Source: Chlorokybus atmophyticus
Taxonomy: Eukaryota; Plantae; Mesostigma and Chlorokybus algae
DNA: 52,000 nt
Assembly: GCA_009103225.1 (NCBI GenBank)
Contig: RHPI01003570.1
Span: 1-52,000, forward strand
Direction of reading: 5' to 3'
The position numbers and the translations under genes were made by a program. The notes beneath the pieces are model-generated. The model had not been told where the DNA came from and did not search any database. It saw only the letters and a list, made by a program, of their open reading frames with translations. How positions within the stretch are numbered: the stretch's first letter is position 1; each line of letters begins with the position of its first letter. This document shows, piece by piece, positions 32,701 through 45,480 of this stretch.

Positions 32701-34773
32701 GCCAGCTTTATAGGTGGCAGATGTCCATGCGGTACTCCCAAGAGCTTGGAGGCGGCTTCGTTTACCAGTGCGTGTCCTTGATCTTCCTCAACGTAAGCCA
32801 CACCCTACTCATGATATGATACATTAACAGACTGTGAGGTACTTATTCATGCACGTGTTGCAAGCAGGTGACTCATTTTGCTATACGCACTTGAGGCATG
32901 TGGCTCAGTATAGCTTCCAAGCGCACCGACCTACGATCCAACTGGACATTCTTCAGCCCCTGCCCCACAAAAAGCCGTATCAGTCATCAGAGCATGCGTC
33001 GATGTTGCAATGTGCACACACACGTACGCAATGCAACTTACATTATCTAGCGACTGCACAAGTCCGATGACGGCTTCTTGCACATACTCCGATATCCATT
33101 CGGGAATCACCAACATGTCAACCCAGCACAGGATCAGCAGCCCCTGCCGTCCAGACTGCAGCGTCAACGGATGACACAAAATTGCCTCCGGTCTTTTTCG
33201 ACAGGAGGTTGTTAGCGCGATTGGTAAGCGCTGTCCTGCAGTCAACACCACCAGAGGGCAAACCTGCCGAGCACAGCTGAGTTCATGCGCGTGCACGGGT
33301 GGGGGTGGTTTTTGACCTCAAACCACGTATACATTGGTTCTTGTCATCAGAACCACTTGACAGCTGTGGTTGCAAACAAGTTGTGTGAGCTGGATGTAAC
33401 CTTACTCTGTCCTCTTCCGGCATAAAGGGTGGGCCCAACTTAAGCTTTTGTTGCAGTTTGCCCGGGGGTACACAGACGGCGGGTGCTGCCATACCCTCAG
33501 CATCCAACTCCAATGCCGTTGCAAGCTCGCAACGCAGCGCAATGCACATCATGCTCAGAATGGACTCACAGCACGCATGGTGCGGGTGGTTCACGGTGTG
33601 AGCCACAGGCTGCGGGAAACCACACCCGAGTTTGTTAACCACACCTCCGTCTTGAGGCTAGGCAAACAGGCGATGAGAGAAAGAAGTATTGGCAATTCGT
33701 ACATGCACATGCATCTGCCAAGAAGCATGAGCGTGCTATCACACCATCACATGTTGCACTGTTGACTACTTGGATGCATGCGCATTAGGCAATCTCGTTG
33801 AGATATGTACCTGAAATGCATGACCCAGACGCGTCTCGAACATTCCAACCGCAGAGCCTGGGCCAGGCCCAGCGAAGCGCCCGGAGAGAGCGCGGCCATC
33901 GGGAGTGGAAGGGGGACTGAGAATAAACCTCGCTGCAGACGGAGATGAGCCGCCACTGTTGGTGTTGCCACACGCCGTCGGTTTGGAGCTTTGCACATCG
34001 TTCGACTTTGTAACTGAAAGGGTGGTTGGGAGAAAAAGCGCCGGTAGTGTGTCTGTGCGGATGTTGCGAAGAGGTGGATCCGGCATAGACCCTGATTGCG
34101 AGCGTTCATCTGCTTTTTGTGGAGTGGGCGGTGGACTGAAGGTCAGTTCGGGTGCATGCGATATGATTGCAGGGCAGCTTTGTTGTTTGGTCCAGGCTGG
34201 AGGAGACAGCTTCAATTCATGCCAGAGTGGGACGGTGTGCATGCTATCCAATGGTGAAGGCGGGAGGCCGCGCTGCAGGATCTTGTAGTCGGGCATTGCC
34301 ATGTTGCTCTGCGTGTTGCCTCGGGTCAACATGCTGCCGCTTGATGTCCAGTCAATTGGCGCCTTCGCGTTTTCTTGTTGTTGTGCGGCTCCAACCATTC
34401 CCCCGTGAGTCGAGTCCTCCATACTTGTCCAACCGCTGAATGACGGCATGTTCAGTCGTGGGGAATCATCTGGAGTGTCGGCATTGCGCACACTGGTTTT
34501 CGACAGTGTTTGGAGCAGCAGCACCTGCTCCAGCAGCTCTGCTGTGTCATTGCATGCAGGATGCTGGCTCTCATTGACTACATCTGAACTGCTTGAGCAG
34601 AAACTTCTGGCTGCTGCTTGCACTTCACCCGACAACAGTACGGGACTGTTGCTGGAGAATGCTTGGCAAGACAGCTGCTGCACCGTTGAGATGATGCTAG
34701 CCCCTGCCAGCGTGGTTGTCATTGCTGCAGAACCTCCTCCTGCATGGCAACTGCAGCCCCAGCTGCTGAGCAC
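29737..34773 (-). CDS. Multi-exon hybrid histidine kinase (PAS-like region, HisKA, HATPase, receiver); 5' end uncertain and may extend to about 36300
   Basis: H-box AFLATMSH|ELRTPMTGVLG (His codon 32080-32082), NDILDFSKIEAG, N-box LNNLLSNAIKF, G1 DTGLGI, F-box LFQRFSQAD, G2 FGGTGLGLAI and receiver ILVAE|DNPVNQ...MDLQMPVLDG...KPI. PAS-like HALVNEAASKLLG lies upstream. Confidence 0.92.
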
Positions 34774-37700
34774 GTTGCTGCTGGCGAGACTGATGATGCA
34801 GCCTCATCTCTCATGCAGTGTGGCATTGACGACCGCCAACAGGACGCCTACGATGAAAAGCACAGAGGCTCAGTACAAGGACCCATAATTCTAGCATTGC
34901 AATCAGGAAAGCTGGCACACGGCTAGTTGAACACTCACGCACAGGCAGCTCCACTGAAGACCTGATTGCATGCATGAACAGCCTCAGGCGTGAGCGCATG
35001 CAGGCGCGCACAGGGGTGCGTGCGTGTCTTGCTGTTGTACGGCACCATTGATTGCAACTAACACACGACAGGATGCTTAACGACACAAGCTGATGCCCTC
35101 AGGTAGCAGTACAACAAGCATACACGATGAGTCATGAAGGGCCCCACACTCCTTCAGCATGTAGGCTTGAGTAAGTTTGCTTGCTTAGTTCATGAAGCGC
35201 AACTGACATACCATCTCACGCCTCAACGGATCCGACACACAGCTTGCAGCCGTGATGAAACCGCTGCAAGCGGTGTGACGGATCCTAGCAAGGAGCGGCT
35301 TGCAGACAAACGGACCGTCACTCATGATTGTAGTGCTGAACTTGCACCATCTTAGAAGCAAACACTGACTCACCCTTGAACTGGAACGCTGCTGCAGCAT
35401 CGCTTAAGCTTAAGACACGCGAGCTTGCCAGGACGGTCATCTTATGGGGACCTAGTTTATAGCTATCGAAGCTTCACGTTTGGACCTTATCGTTTTCTGT
35501 AAACCTTGTGACAGCCACCTTTGTAGTCGCAAGCTTGAAGTGATTCCTAGAATCCGTTGAGTGCAAGTAGTGACATGCTTTGCTACCACCTTCTACCAGG
35601 ATCGGAAGAAGGTGACATCACAACATCAGCAGCATTGCTGCGCTACTTGATGTTCAGCTGTATTGTCTGAACACTCACGTACCTACACAAACTCAAGCTA
35701 GTTGTCATTGGAGCTACTTGAAGTCTGAACTCAAGCAGCAACTCACCACCTGGAGGTTGCAATGTGCAGCGGTCCACGCTTGCCTGCTCCGTGCCTTCCT
35801 CACAAGCCACCTCCCCTACTCCCCTTTGAAGAAGAGTCGCACCGTCCACTTCAACATCGACCAGTAGCAGAATGACTAGCTCATGCAGATCCCCGACTTT
35901 GCCGACCCTGCCGCCGACAACCTCGCCGCCACCACCGCCGCCGGCAGCAGAACGCAAAGCTGAATTTGGGCCATCCTCAAAACGCGAGTACTGAGGTTGA
36001 CTGGCGCCACACACGTGCGTTATTTTGTGTGTGCGTGCCCTTAGACGTGCGTCAATATTCGTTCGTGCCGATCGGTTGTCACTATGATCTAGACCGCTGC
36101 AAGAGTTATGTAACCGGGGTGCAGTTTGCAGTGTATCCGCCACATTTGTTGTGTAGTTAACAGCCATAGGGTGGCTGATGAACGACTTTGTCTTGCTCCG
36201 GTCAAGGTCGGAAAGAACGTAAGTTGCTAACGGTAACGGGCGTCGTGTGCGGAGCGGGTGCTGCGTTACAAGAAAGTTTGCGGGCAAATGGCGACGAGAT
36301 TTGCGGGTTTCTCTTCGCTGTTGATCCGGAACCGCGAAAACTGCATTGAACTACCTGAAACTCTCTTTTCAGCCAGCCGACAAAACTGCTTGTAACTTAC
36401 TCTGGATTGATGGAATGATTGAGTGATGACAGCCTGCTGCTGCTTGAGGTGACAGCACGGACAGTGTCCCGTCAAACCAATTGGTTGCAAAAGGAGGTGC
36501 TCTCATAGAATCTCTGGACGGTTCAACGAAAGCCATACATGATAACAGCACCTCCTTTGGCACTCTACTAGAGTGCTACCGAACTCACGCATAGAGTCAG
36601 TCATCAAACTTCAGCTTCAGTAGGGTCTAGGCAAAGCCTGTAGGCTACGCAGTTTGAGCCAGTACGGTGTCGACCTGAACCCTCGTCAATCAGTTTTCTG
36701 CGTGGCAGTGCGCGCATTTTCCGGATACCTGCGATTCGCAGGAATCAGGCTGCCTGACTCCACGTCACGTACGCGTGGGTTCAGTTGCTGCAGACTTGCA
36801 GGTTCAGCTGCTTGGGTTGGGTTCAGTAAACCACACGAAGTAACTCAGTCCCCAGTGGCATAAAGAGTATACCAAGGCGAAGCAGAGTGAAATGTACTTG
36901 CCCAGGCCTTAACCTATTGCCAGCCTGCAGTGCAGGGCCTGCACGCGACTGCCTACTGCTGTGGGAAGTGGTGAGGGATTACTGCATAGGCCAGATTGTA
37001 GCAACGCACATGACTGACATGAACACCACTTACATGCACAAATACGCCGTGCTAGCATGCGCCCAAGTCAGGGCATAACCTCTTCCTCTCCCTTTCTTTG
37101 TGCTTACGCCATGCTTTGCATGTACAGCTACTGCTTGTGGCGTGCACTGAGCTAAGAAGCCCCCTTAGCGCTAGGGTTTCTTTTTTATTGTAAACTGCTT
37201 GTTGCGCGTGATGACACGTTGTGTGCTTGCTTGTGTGTACAGAAAAATGAAAGTGATCATGATACATGCAACATGCATGACACATGCCTTGTTCACCAAG
37301 CTCATCATCATGCAATGATTATTTACCATCGGAGTTTACCTACACTAGCCACACGTAAATATTGTAACTACTGCCTTCAACCCCCATCAAACATACATGC
37401 ATGCATTTGCTCATTACCTGTACACAAGGCGCCAACATGTGCTACTACTGGGGGACCCTCTACTTTACCCTATGCGTAGCTGCCTACCTACCACACAATC
37501 ATCACACCAGGCCTTTTAGCAAGCAACGCATGCACTGCGCGTCGTTTGCCGCACATCGAGTTGTTGAGTGATTGTGGTGGATGTGGCATTGCATGTTTAC
37601 GTAGATTTGCATGTGTAAATTCCCTTTGTATCTTTGTTACAAACAATGCCCTACAATGCCCCTGCAGGCACAGCTATGCGCTGCTTGCTGCCGCAATTTG

Positions 37701-39003
37701 AGTCTGCCATGCATGCCTGTACAGGATATGCGCAAAGCAGTTGTCCTTGCACATAGCAACCACCCCCCATAGTTTGGTTGTGCTCAAGTAGTTGGAGTGG
37801 TTTTGTACTATTCTGTGTAGCGTATATGCAATGCTATGCATGTGACCCCATTGCATTGTGCACATGCATGACACATGCAAACACAAGCGCACTCGCACAC
37901 GCCAGCAAACAACAACTTGTTACACCACCGGGCTACCTATACATACTAGGAAGCTACCTTCGCTAAGCCCTTGCCCCGTTAGTCAACATGCATGCGTAGT
38001 TACCTGTACACAATGGCGATTCAAACAGTTAGGCACCGGGTGAGGCTGAGCGGTAGCAGTAGCAGACAGCAGACGGACTCCCCCTTCTCTGTCTCCCTCT
38101 CTCTCCGCCTCTTTCCTGCCGCCTCCCTGCTTGCAGTACGTGCGCTCCTTGCACTACGTGCTGCTGTTGACGCAGCTAGGGTTGCATCGCCTACGTCAGC
38201 AGTATGCTACTGCTGGCATGCCTGCCGCGACTCGCCCTCACGGGCAGTAGTGGTTCAATGCCGCTAGTCCTGCCAGTGCAGTGTGCTAGGGGTTGGGGTG
38301 CCAGTGGCAGTCAGGTGCTGCGGTGGGGTTGGGTGGTGGGGTTGGAGTGACACGTCCTTCGCACGGGCAAGCTGCTATTACCATGCAGCTTGCTCCCCGC
38401 GCATGATGCTTGTCCAGCAGTGTGTAACGCCGGCAGATGCACTGTGTCGTCAGCGTTATGGTTGCTGCTTGACTTTCTTCACCACCATCATGTACAACAG
38501 CATTGGTGGTGTACAGTAAACATAGTCCTTGCTGCGCAGTAGGCGTTGCCTCAGGGTAGTCAGCAGCTTGTTCAAAGGGTGTCCATCATGTTGCATGGCG
38601 TGCAATAAGTGTGTGGTTGCCTGTTGGTGTCATGTGCTGTGTCGACTTACCAGTATGATGAAAGCCTGTTTTAACCTAGACGCGGTTTAATGCGACTGAT
38701 TCCATATACCCTAGATGTACCCACCATACCTACTGATGCTGCTTTAACCGACAATAGCATTTCTCGTTTGCTACTTGACTCTTTGAAGGAGCAATGACAA
38801 CATGAGTTGTTGCAAAAGGTTAGTCATCTAAATACAGCGACACCTAGCAAGGTCTACTTTGTTCACATCAGGTCTCGTATTTCTTATGATTGCGTTGACC
38901 ACCAGTCAGGCCTATTTGTACAGACATTACAGCAAGCTACTCTCACATGATGCAATGCTAAGCGGAGGAACATATACAATAACAATACAATTGGGGCAGC
39001 CAA

Positions 39004-42000
39004 CTACTCTTGCGATTTCAGTTGCTGGCATATAAACTGAGCAATCATGTACGAGACAGCCTGCGAACGAGCAACCGCATGTGAGTAGACCCATATGCGA
39101 ATGTCGTACCGACTGCCAAACGATACGATGACATACCATTATTTGTTATGCTAGTGTTACCTCTGTAGTAACCATTGGGTTAACACCTGATGGCGTAGGC
39201 AGAGTGCTCGCGTCTGCAACAAACAATTCGTCCACCTCCCAAGTCTCCCCAGTGGGCTTGATGACCGACACCTCCGGGTCCGTACCCATCCGACATGTAC
39301 CCATCTGCCAAGCACCATGTGAAGCATTCAGGTACAGAACACCTGTTTGACACTGTACTACGCGATAAAGATTCCGATTGTCTCTGACCAGTGCACGCTA
39401 TGCACGACTTGCACTGATCCAAAACATCATGCGGGCATGTATATACCAATGACAGCTTTTTGCTTGGTTTGCGAAATCCAGAGTTTCAATCAGGTAATGG
39501 TGAGCCAGCTGACCTGGTGAGCGGAGCCAAGAAGGACTCCATGCCGATCCGTGTGCCACCCACGTACTTGTTGCAGGTATTTATCAAAGGCACTCTTGTC
39601 GGACAGCCTGCATTGGTCTTTACCATTATGCAAGGTGAACACCTGTGGACAGGGATAGAGCTTGAGTGCAGCCATGAAGAAGATGCGAAAGATGAGCTGG
39701 ACGGTTCCATACTAGAATGTGTCAAAACAGACATATGGCCTCTGCAGAGAAGTTTGTCTTCCTTCTGCAGCCCTAAGACTGCATCAGGTCAAAGTGAAGA
39801 ATAGTAATCATCATTGGCCGCCAGGTCACTGAAATTGCAATGGGACAGATGTAGGGACATAATTACAACACACAGAAGCCCCGAGGTTACCTCTGCAGCT
39901 CCAGCAGCTGCTAAAACACGAAGGCCGGCAACTATGCCTTCCCTCATGTTCATGTCATCCTCTGGCGACAGCACATAGTGCACCTCAGGCCCACCAGTCT
40001 TATCTAGGATGACCTTCCCCTGTGAGCAGCGATGCTGATTCAACAACGCAGATCACTCAACGTGCTATGGGGCAGCTGTACATGCGTATGAATGCACGAA
40101 CCTCCCCCTTGTCTCGCAGCAGAACAAGCAAAGAACTCGTGTGCGAAAATCTGCTGACAAAAAACTTGTGCTGCGCAGCGCTGTCCCATGGCACAAACGC
40201 AGCGAACCCGCCAGGATGGACAGAAGGTGTCTCTATAAGGGGACCATAACCTTGCGCATGACCGATTACAGTTACGGCCGCGCATGTTGAGAAGCGTTAT
40301 ACAATACACCGTGGAGTCAGAGATCCATGCATGCAACCCACATCAAGAGTGGCAGCCTCAAGAAAATGGGGCAATACTTCACCTGTTGTCTCCCAGTTGG
40401 CATATTGTTTGCTGTAAGCACTCATTATGCACCCATGGTAAGGATTGATGGGTCTGTTTGGGAAAAAGCCAGAGACGAAAGTCGCCGGATGCAGATGAAG
40501 ATGCTGCCCAATATTTTTGTTCTGCAGGCCGCTTCGGAGCAACAGAGCTGGCGAATGCAGCGACCCTGCTGAGACCACAACTGCCTTTGCCTTCACCAAC
40601 AACCTTCGTTTGTCAGCACCTGGCAGCAAAAGAGACTCTGGATTGTGGCAACAACAGCAGTTCGCAGCGTCAGCAATAGTGCGTGTGCGCGCGTGTTCGC
40701 ATGTATGTGCGCGTGTGTGTACTGCATGATGTGCTGACCTGAGCCAACAACAGCCGCCACACCATGTACACTCTTCGGCATGCCGGAAGTGTACAGGACT
40801 CGCTGCACATGACAGCCCACGAGTATCTTTGCGCCATGCTGCACAGCATCCGGCAGCCATGCAGCCATGCTGCCTTGTTTATTGCCAAGGACGCACCCCC
40901 ACTGACACCAACCGCACTCGTGTGCGCCACGCGCGTTCCTTGGTATGATGCCTTCGTGCCAGCCCAGCTTTTGGCAGCCCTGCGCAAGAAACATCAAACC
41001 TAGCATTCTAAATCGGCAACACTCACGCATGACTTGGCATGAGCGGCAGATGAGTGCACAAGATGCAATGCTTGATAAGGCAAGGCTGTACGCGTGTCCA
41101 AGTGCTGGGTCAATGGAGGCATATTACCTCTACAAGAATGGTGTTCTGGCCGTTGTGCTTGGTCTCGGTGTCATGAACGCCGATGCGCTTGCATACAGCA
41201 TCCAACGCCATGTCATAATCAGCTCCAGCAAACTGCTTCAGGCCGTGCTTCTCGGCCCACTCCATGCGCACGTGCTTAGGTGTACGAAATGATGCACACC
41301 TGGCATGTGATATATTGGACACTCACCTCAGGCTTACGGCATTGACTGACAGTGCACATAGGCATAGTGGATGGTTGCATACCAATTGATTGTCGTGCCT
41401 CCACCAAGTGTGTTGCCAGCTAACAACTGCACCAAGCATCAACAAAGTAGCATAAGCACGGAAGTGAACTATATAGACAGCAGCTGTTGTAACAAGCATA
41501 CACGCACGCACAATGCTTTCACAGTATGTCACCAATGAACACCTGAACAGCACCATCAGCAGTTCCAAATAGACCTTGGCCTTCGTACAGTTGGATTGGT
41601 CCCTCCCGCTCTGTTCCAGCTAACTCCTGCAGCAAAATATGATGGTTAGCAAGGACCCGCTAATCAGCAAGCAAGTATGGAATCGAGTTGGTGGGCATGA
41701 CCTGACCTCAGGGCGGACATAGTCTCCCTTCTCCAACACAACCACTCTGTAGCCAGCAGCAGCAAGCACAGCAGCAGCAACACCGCCACCAGCACCAGAG
41801 CCGACTATTGCTATATCGCATTCCACTGCACAAGTGTCCATTGACTCCTGCAACTGAGTGCCCGCGAGAAAGCACATCTGCATGGCAACAAAATGCAAAC
41901 AGCCACTAACTGAGTGTCACTGTACATGTAGTTGAGAAATTCAAGCAAGTGCGACAAAATTCAAAGCCACAATTTATTCTGGTGGTGCGAGCGAAAATGT

Positions 42001-43238
42001 CGTTCACATCACCAGCCAAGCATATCAGCAAAGTCAATGGTAGGTTTGTGAGCCCATAACTCTGCCAGAACACCTACCTTTGCAACCTCAACGGGAGGTA
42101 GTAACTTCAGACCAATGGAGGCCAGCTTATCAGGCAGCATGCGGCCTCCAGCCTTTATGTTCTCCAGCGAACCGCTAAACACGCACTGTTCCGCCTTCAG
42201 CTCATTGGCTTTGAGGTGCTGTAATCGGTTTGGGTCTTTTCCAGGATACTTCAGTGCTGGCCAAGTAGGATTTGTATTGCCATCTGATGGTACCTGCACA
42301 GAAGGATACTGACATATATGCGTACATGCACTAAAAAGGCATGCTATAGAATGAGATAGCTCAAGCCATGGCATGAATTGCTAAAAAAAAAGAATGTACT
42401 GCGTACACATTCCTGTACAGACGGATGCTTTGCATAAGCTTCCATGCAAAGGCATGCGATACTTGAAAAATGGCCCGCCATGCTCTTAGATGCGAACTGT
42501 GCTGTACAAACAAGCGAACACAGTTACCCTGTTGTAGTGTAGGCTAGCGACAAGGCGATAGAATGCTTGGAAGATCAGGCGTTTCACCGACAGCCAGCTG
42601 TCTCTCCAGCTCAGCATGATCTGCTCTCTACTGGACCTGGGCAGCTCAGGGAATGACAAAACAAAAGGGAATCTCCAGCTCAAGGCGGCCAACCCCGCCA
42701 GCAAGAATGTGCCAAGACGGGAGCCCAGCAGCCACATAAACAACAGCAACCCTTGCTGCTTGTCTGCTGGCAGCCTGCCAATGGTTGCCACCTAACCACA
42801 AGCGCAGGAACGCACATGCAGACGTAGTAAGCTCATGTGCTCTTGATCCGCGCATTTTCATGGTAAGAAAGGAAACACGGATAAGGAAGCAAACACACAA
42901 CCAATTATGCATGCTGGTACAATGCAATGCTAGCCAAGAAGCATTGGTAGTGGCAACCGCTACAACACAATGCTATGGCGCCAACGTCGTCCAACACAAA
43001 TGCGTAGTTGCGACCCTCGCCGGGCGCAAGCCAGCAAGCCAGCAGGCATATACGCACGCACCAGGTCCTCCGGAACACCATTGCTGACGGCAGATGCCTC
43101 ATAGAGGTGGGCGATGTCGTCGGCGGGGACGTCCGGCCCGAAGTCGGCCGCAGCTGGCGGCGGCAATGACGGCACGAAGGTGTCGCACAGCGCCAGCACC
43201 ACCGCCTGCTGTCTGGGCGACAGCTTCAACGCAGCCAT
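39004..43238 (-). CDS. FAO: Long-chain fatty alcohol oxidase (plant FAO-type GMC oxidoreductase), multi-exon
   Basis: N-terminal [14 protein letters not shown]-binding [15 protein letters not shown]...[59 protein letters not shown]|MGTCRMG and LFVADAS...GVNPMVT. Stop at 39004-39006. Confidence 0.93.
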
Positions 43239-43534
43239 ACCGCTGTCAGCTCCTCCTGGATCAACCCCTCAAAGCGGCGGCGGCTGCGCCTGCCGCCGCA
43301 GCTGACGCTGTCGACGTCAGTGTTCACAATGCAGACGTGAAGCATGAAAGGGCTTGATGTAACGATCTCTCCGCCTTTGTTGTAAGCAATGTGCTTTGCA
43401 GTGTTTGGACTATCAACTTGTATTAAGGCTATCATGCTATACGAATCAGGAAAAACTTTCCGACAGTGCAAAAATACCTTATGGTACCAACAGTATTGGC
43501 TTAGTGCCTCAAGACGAGACCTACCCCGGCTTGG

Positions 43535-45480
43535 ATGCTCAGTGGCAGCCTGGCTGTGGCGACGGCGGCGGAGGAGGAGGAGGCGAAGATAGCTTGCGTG
43601 GCCTTGGGGCCTTTGGCCTCTCGGGCAACGCGAGGTAATCCCAGCTGTCTTGTCACACGACGTTGTAGAGAAATGGCATAGCAGTGGCTTGCACGCGTTG
43701 AGCTGCTCCCTCGCGACTGGTGCGACATCTTGAGCACTCCGCCATGGTGTCACCTCAGCCTGAAGAGACGTGCCAAGCTGCGAGGACAACATAGTGCTTT
43801 ATGGCATTAACGTTATCTTGCCTTCAGAAAGCATGAAAGAGTTGGACATTGTAGCGATCTGTTGTTGGCAACGCGCTCGGTGCTGTAGCCCACACGGTAG
43901 TATTGCGAGATCGCCATGCATTTATGCAAATTGAAGCGCTTGAATATGGTAAATTCATTAAGGGGTAACATGTGTTTTGTGGTAAACTGAGCGTCTTCAT
44001 CTTATATGTGTGGATTCCCTGTGCGTTGCCTGCGCGCGAGGGTAATGCTTCTGCTGATCGGGTGAGCTTGCATGGCCAGCCTCAGGTTTTGCACTCCATG
44101 CTAAAACATTTGCAAGCTTGTGCTTCCTAAGCTTACACAACTCTCAATTGCTTGCAGGTGGTGAAGTAGCCGTCCCGTCTGAGCTTGATGGGGTCATCAG
44201 CAATGCTTACCTGCCAAGCACTGCGCTTGAAGTGGCCATTGCTGGCCTTGCTTCTTGTGAGGTGAGCTCAGCAATGTGCCTTCCCAAGCATAAGCGTTGC
44301 TTAGTTAAAGACTAACAGCGTGACCAAAACATTAGAGCAGTGTTGGCAATGTACAAGTGTGTGTTGCACGGTGATTACTGACATGGCCAACCTTGCAACA
44401 ACTACACCGCAAGCAATCAGGGTCCAAGCTGATCACCGTCTTTAGCAACTTGGAGTTTCCCACATGTGTCCGTTTTTCTACCAACGGGCGAGTGTTTGTG
44501 CTTGAGAAAAATCGTGTGTCAAACCAATCCTTAACTTAAGCGTTAAATCACCATGCCACTAACAGCTTGGTCCAGGTTGTTGGTGCTGAGTGCTGCTTTT
44601 ATGTTTATGTTTATGTATATACTGGTGTCAGGTAAAGTCAAGGTCTTTTAAGCGTGACGGACCTAGGGGCTCCCCCTATTATTGCCGACTTGCCATCGGT
44701 ACGTTTGCTTACCATTGTCAGCAACAATTGCACTATGTGTAAGGTGCTTTCGTATTTGGCAAGACATGTTGCTGATGGTGTTGCAGGTGCTGCAGGTGCT
44801 GGATACTCCAGTAGACTGCGGCATTCTGTCCATTGCAATCAAGCCAACACCAACAGCAGAGGGCTACATTCAGGTAACAACAGCACGCGTGCACATGCCT
44901 AAACGAGGATCTTGTGTTGAGCCTTGCGTAAAGTTGACTGTGTCGTTGCATGCAGCTGTACAACAGCTTTACTGTTCATGTTGATCCTGACATGTGCACT
45001 ACGGAGCCCTTTCTCGCCAACAACCGGCTTTTTCGTTGGACTTGGGGACCCGACAGTCAACCTGCCCCGAGCAGCACAGAAAAAATGCTGCTGGACGGCT
45101 TTCGATGCTAGGTAGCGTCATTAATCCTTGTGAGGTTGCATCAGTCAAGTCAATGTGTGTGCATGTGGCGTCTAATGTTTGTCACTTCTTTCGGGAGTAC
45201 CTCTCTTATAGTGCAGGCAAACTCATCCTCGACACTAATGAAAACCTGTACCTTACTGGCGGAGAGGGCGCATCATACAAAGTTGTAGACTTTGGTGTCA
45301 CATGTTGCATGTACAACCCCATTTGCACTGACGACTTGCACGCAAACAACCAACCCGTGTTGGCAAAAAACTGTGGGAACTTGTCTGGTAGCGGAACTCA
45401 AACTCACTCGGGAGCCCTAATGTCGTCCTCAACCCACCAGACGCAGAAGGCGATGCACTTCGAGCTCCACACTACAGGTG
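43535..45480 (+). CDS. Unidentified spliced gene divergent from FAO; exons 43535-43634, 44158-44261 and 44787-44873 supported, later exons uncertain
   Basis: Three exons with canonical GT-AG sites and matching phases give MLSGSLAV...GGEVAVPSELDGVISNAYLP...VLQVLDTPVDCGILSIAIKP. The candidate fourth exon reaches a TAG at 45109 or needs a frameshift. Confidence 0.45.

Noticed and set aside
38040-38600. Basic, bZIP-like stretch (SARSARTASREAAGKRRRERE) on the minus strand
   Set aside because: No invariant Asn-x7-Arg pattern or leucine heptads follow, and the frame is interrupted by stops.
45220-45300. Kinase-like ENLYL...KVVDFG motif in the unidentified gene
   Set aside because: No HRD, Gly-rich loop or VAIK lysine was found in the surrounding exons; probably coincidental.
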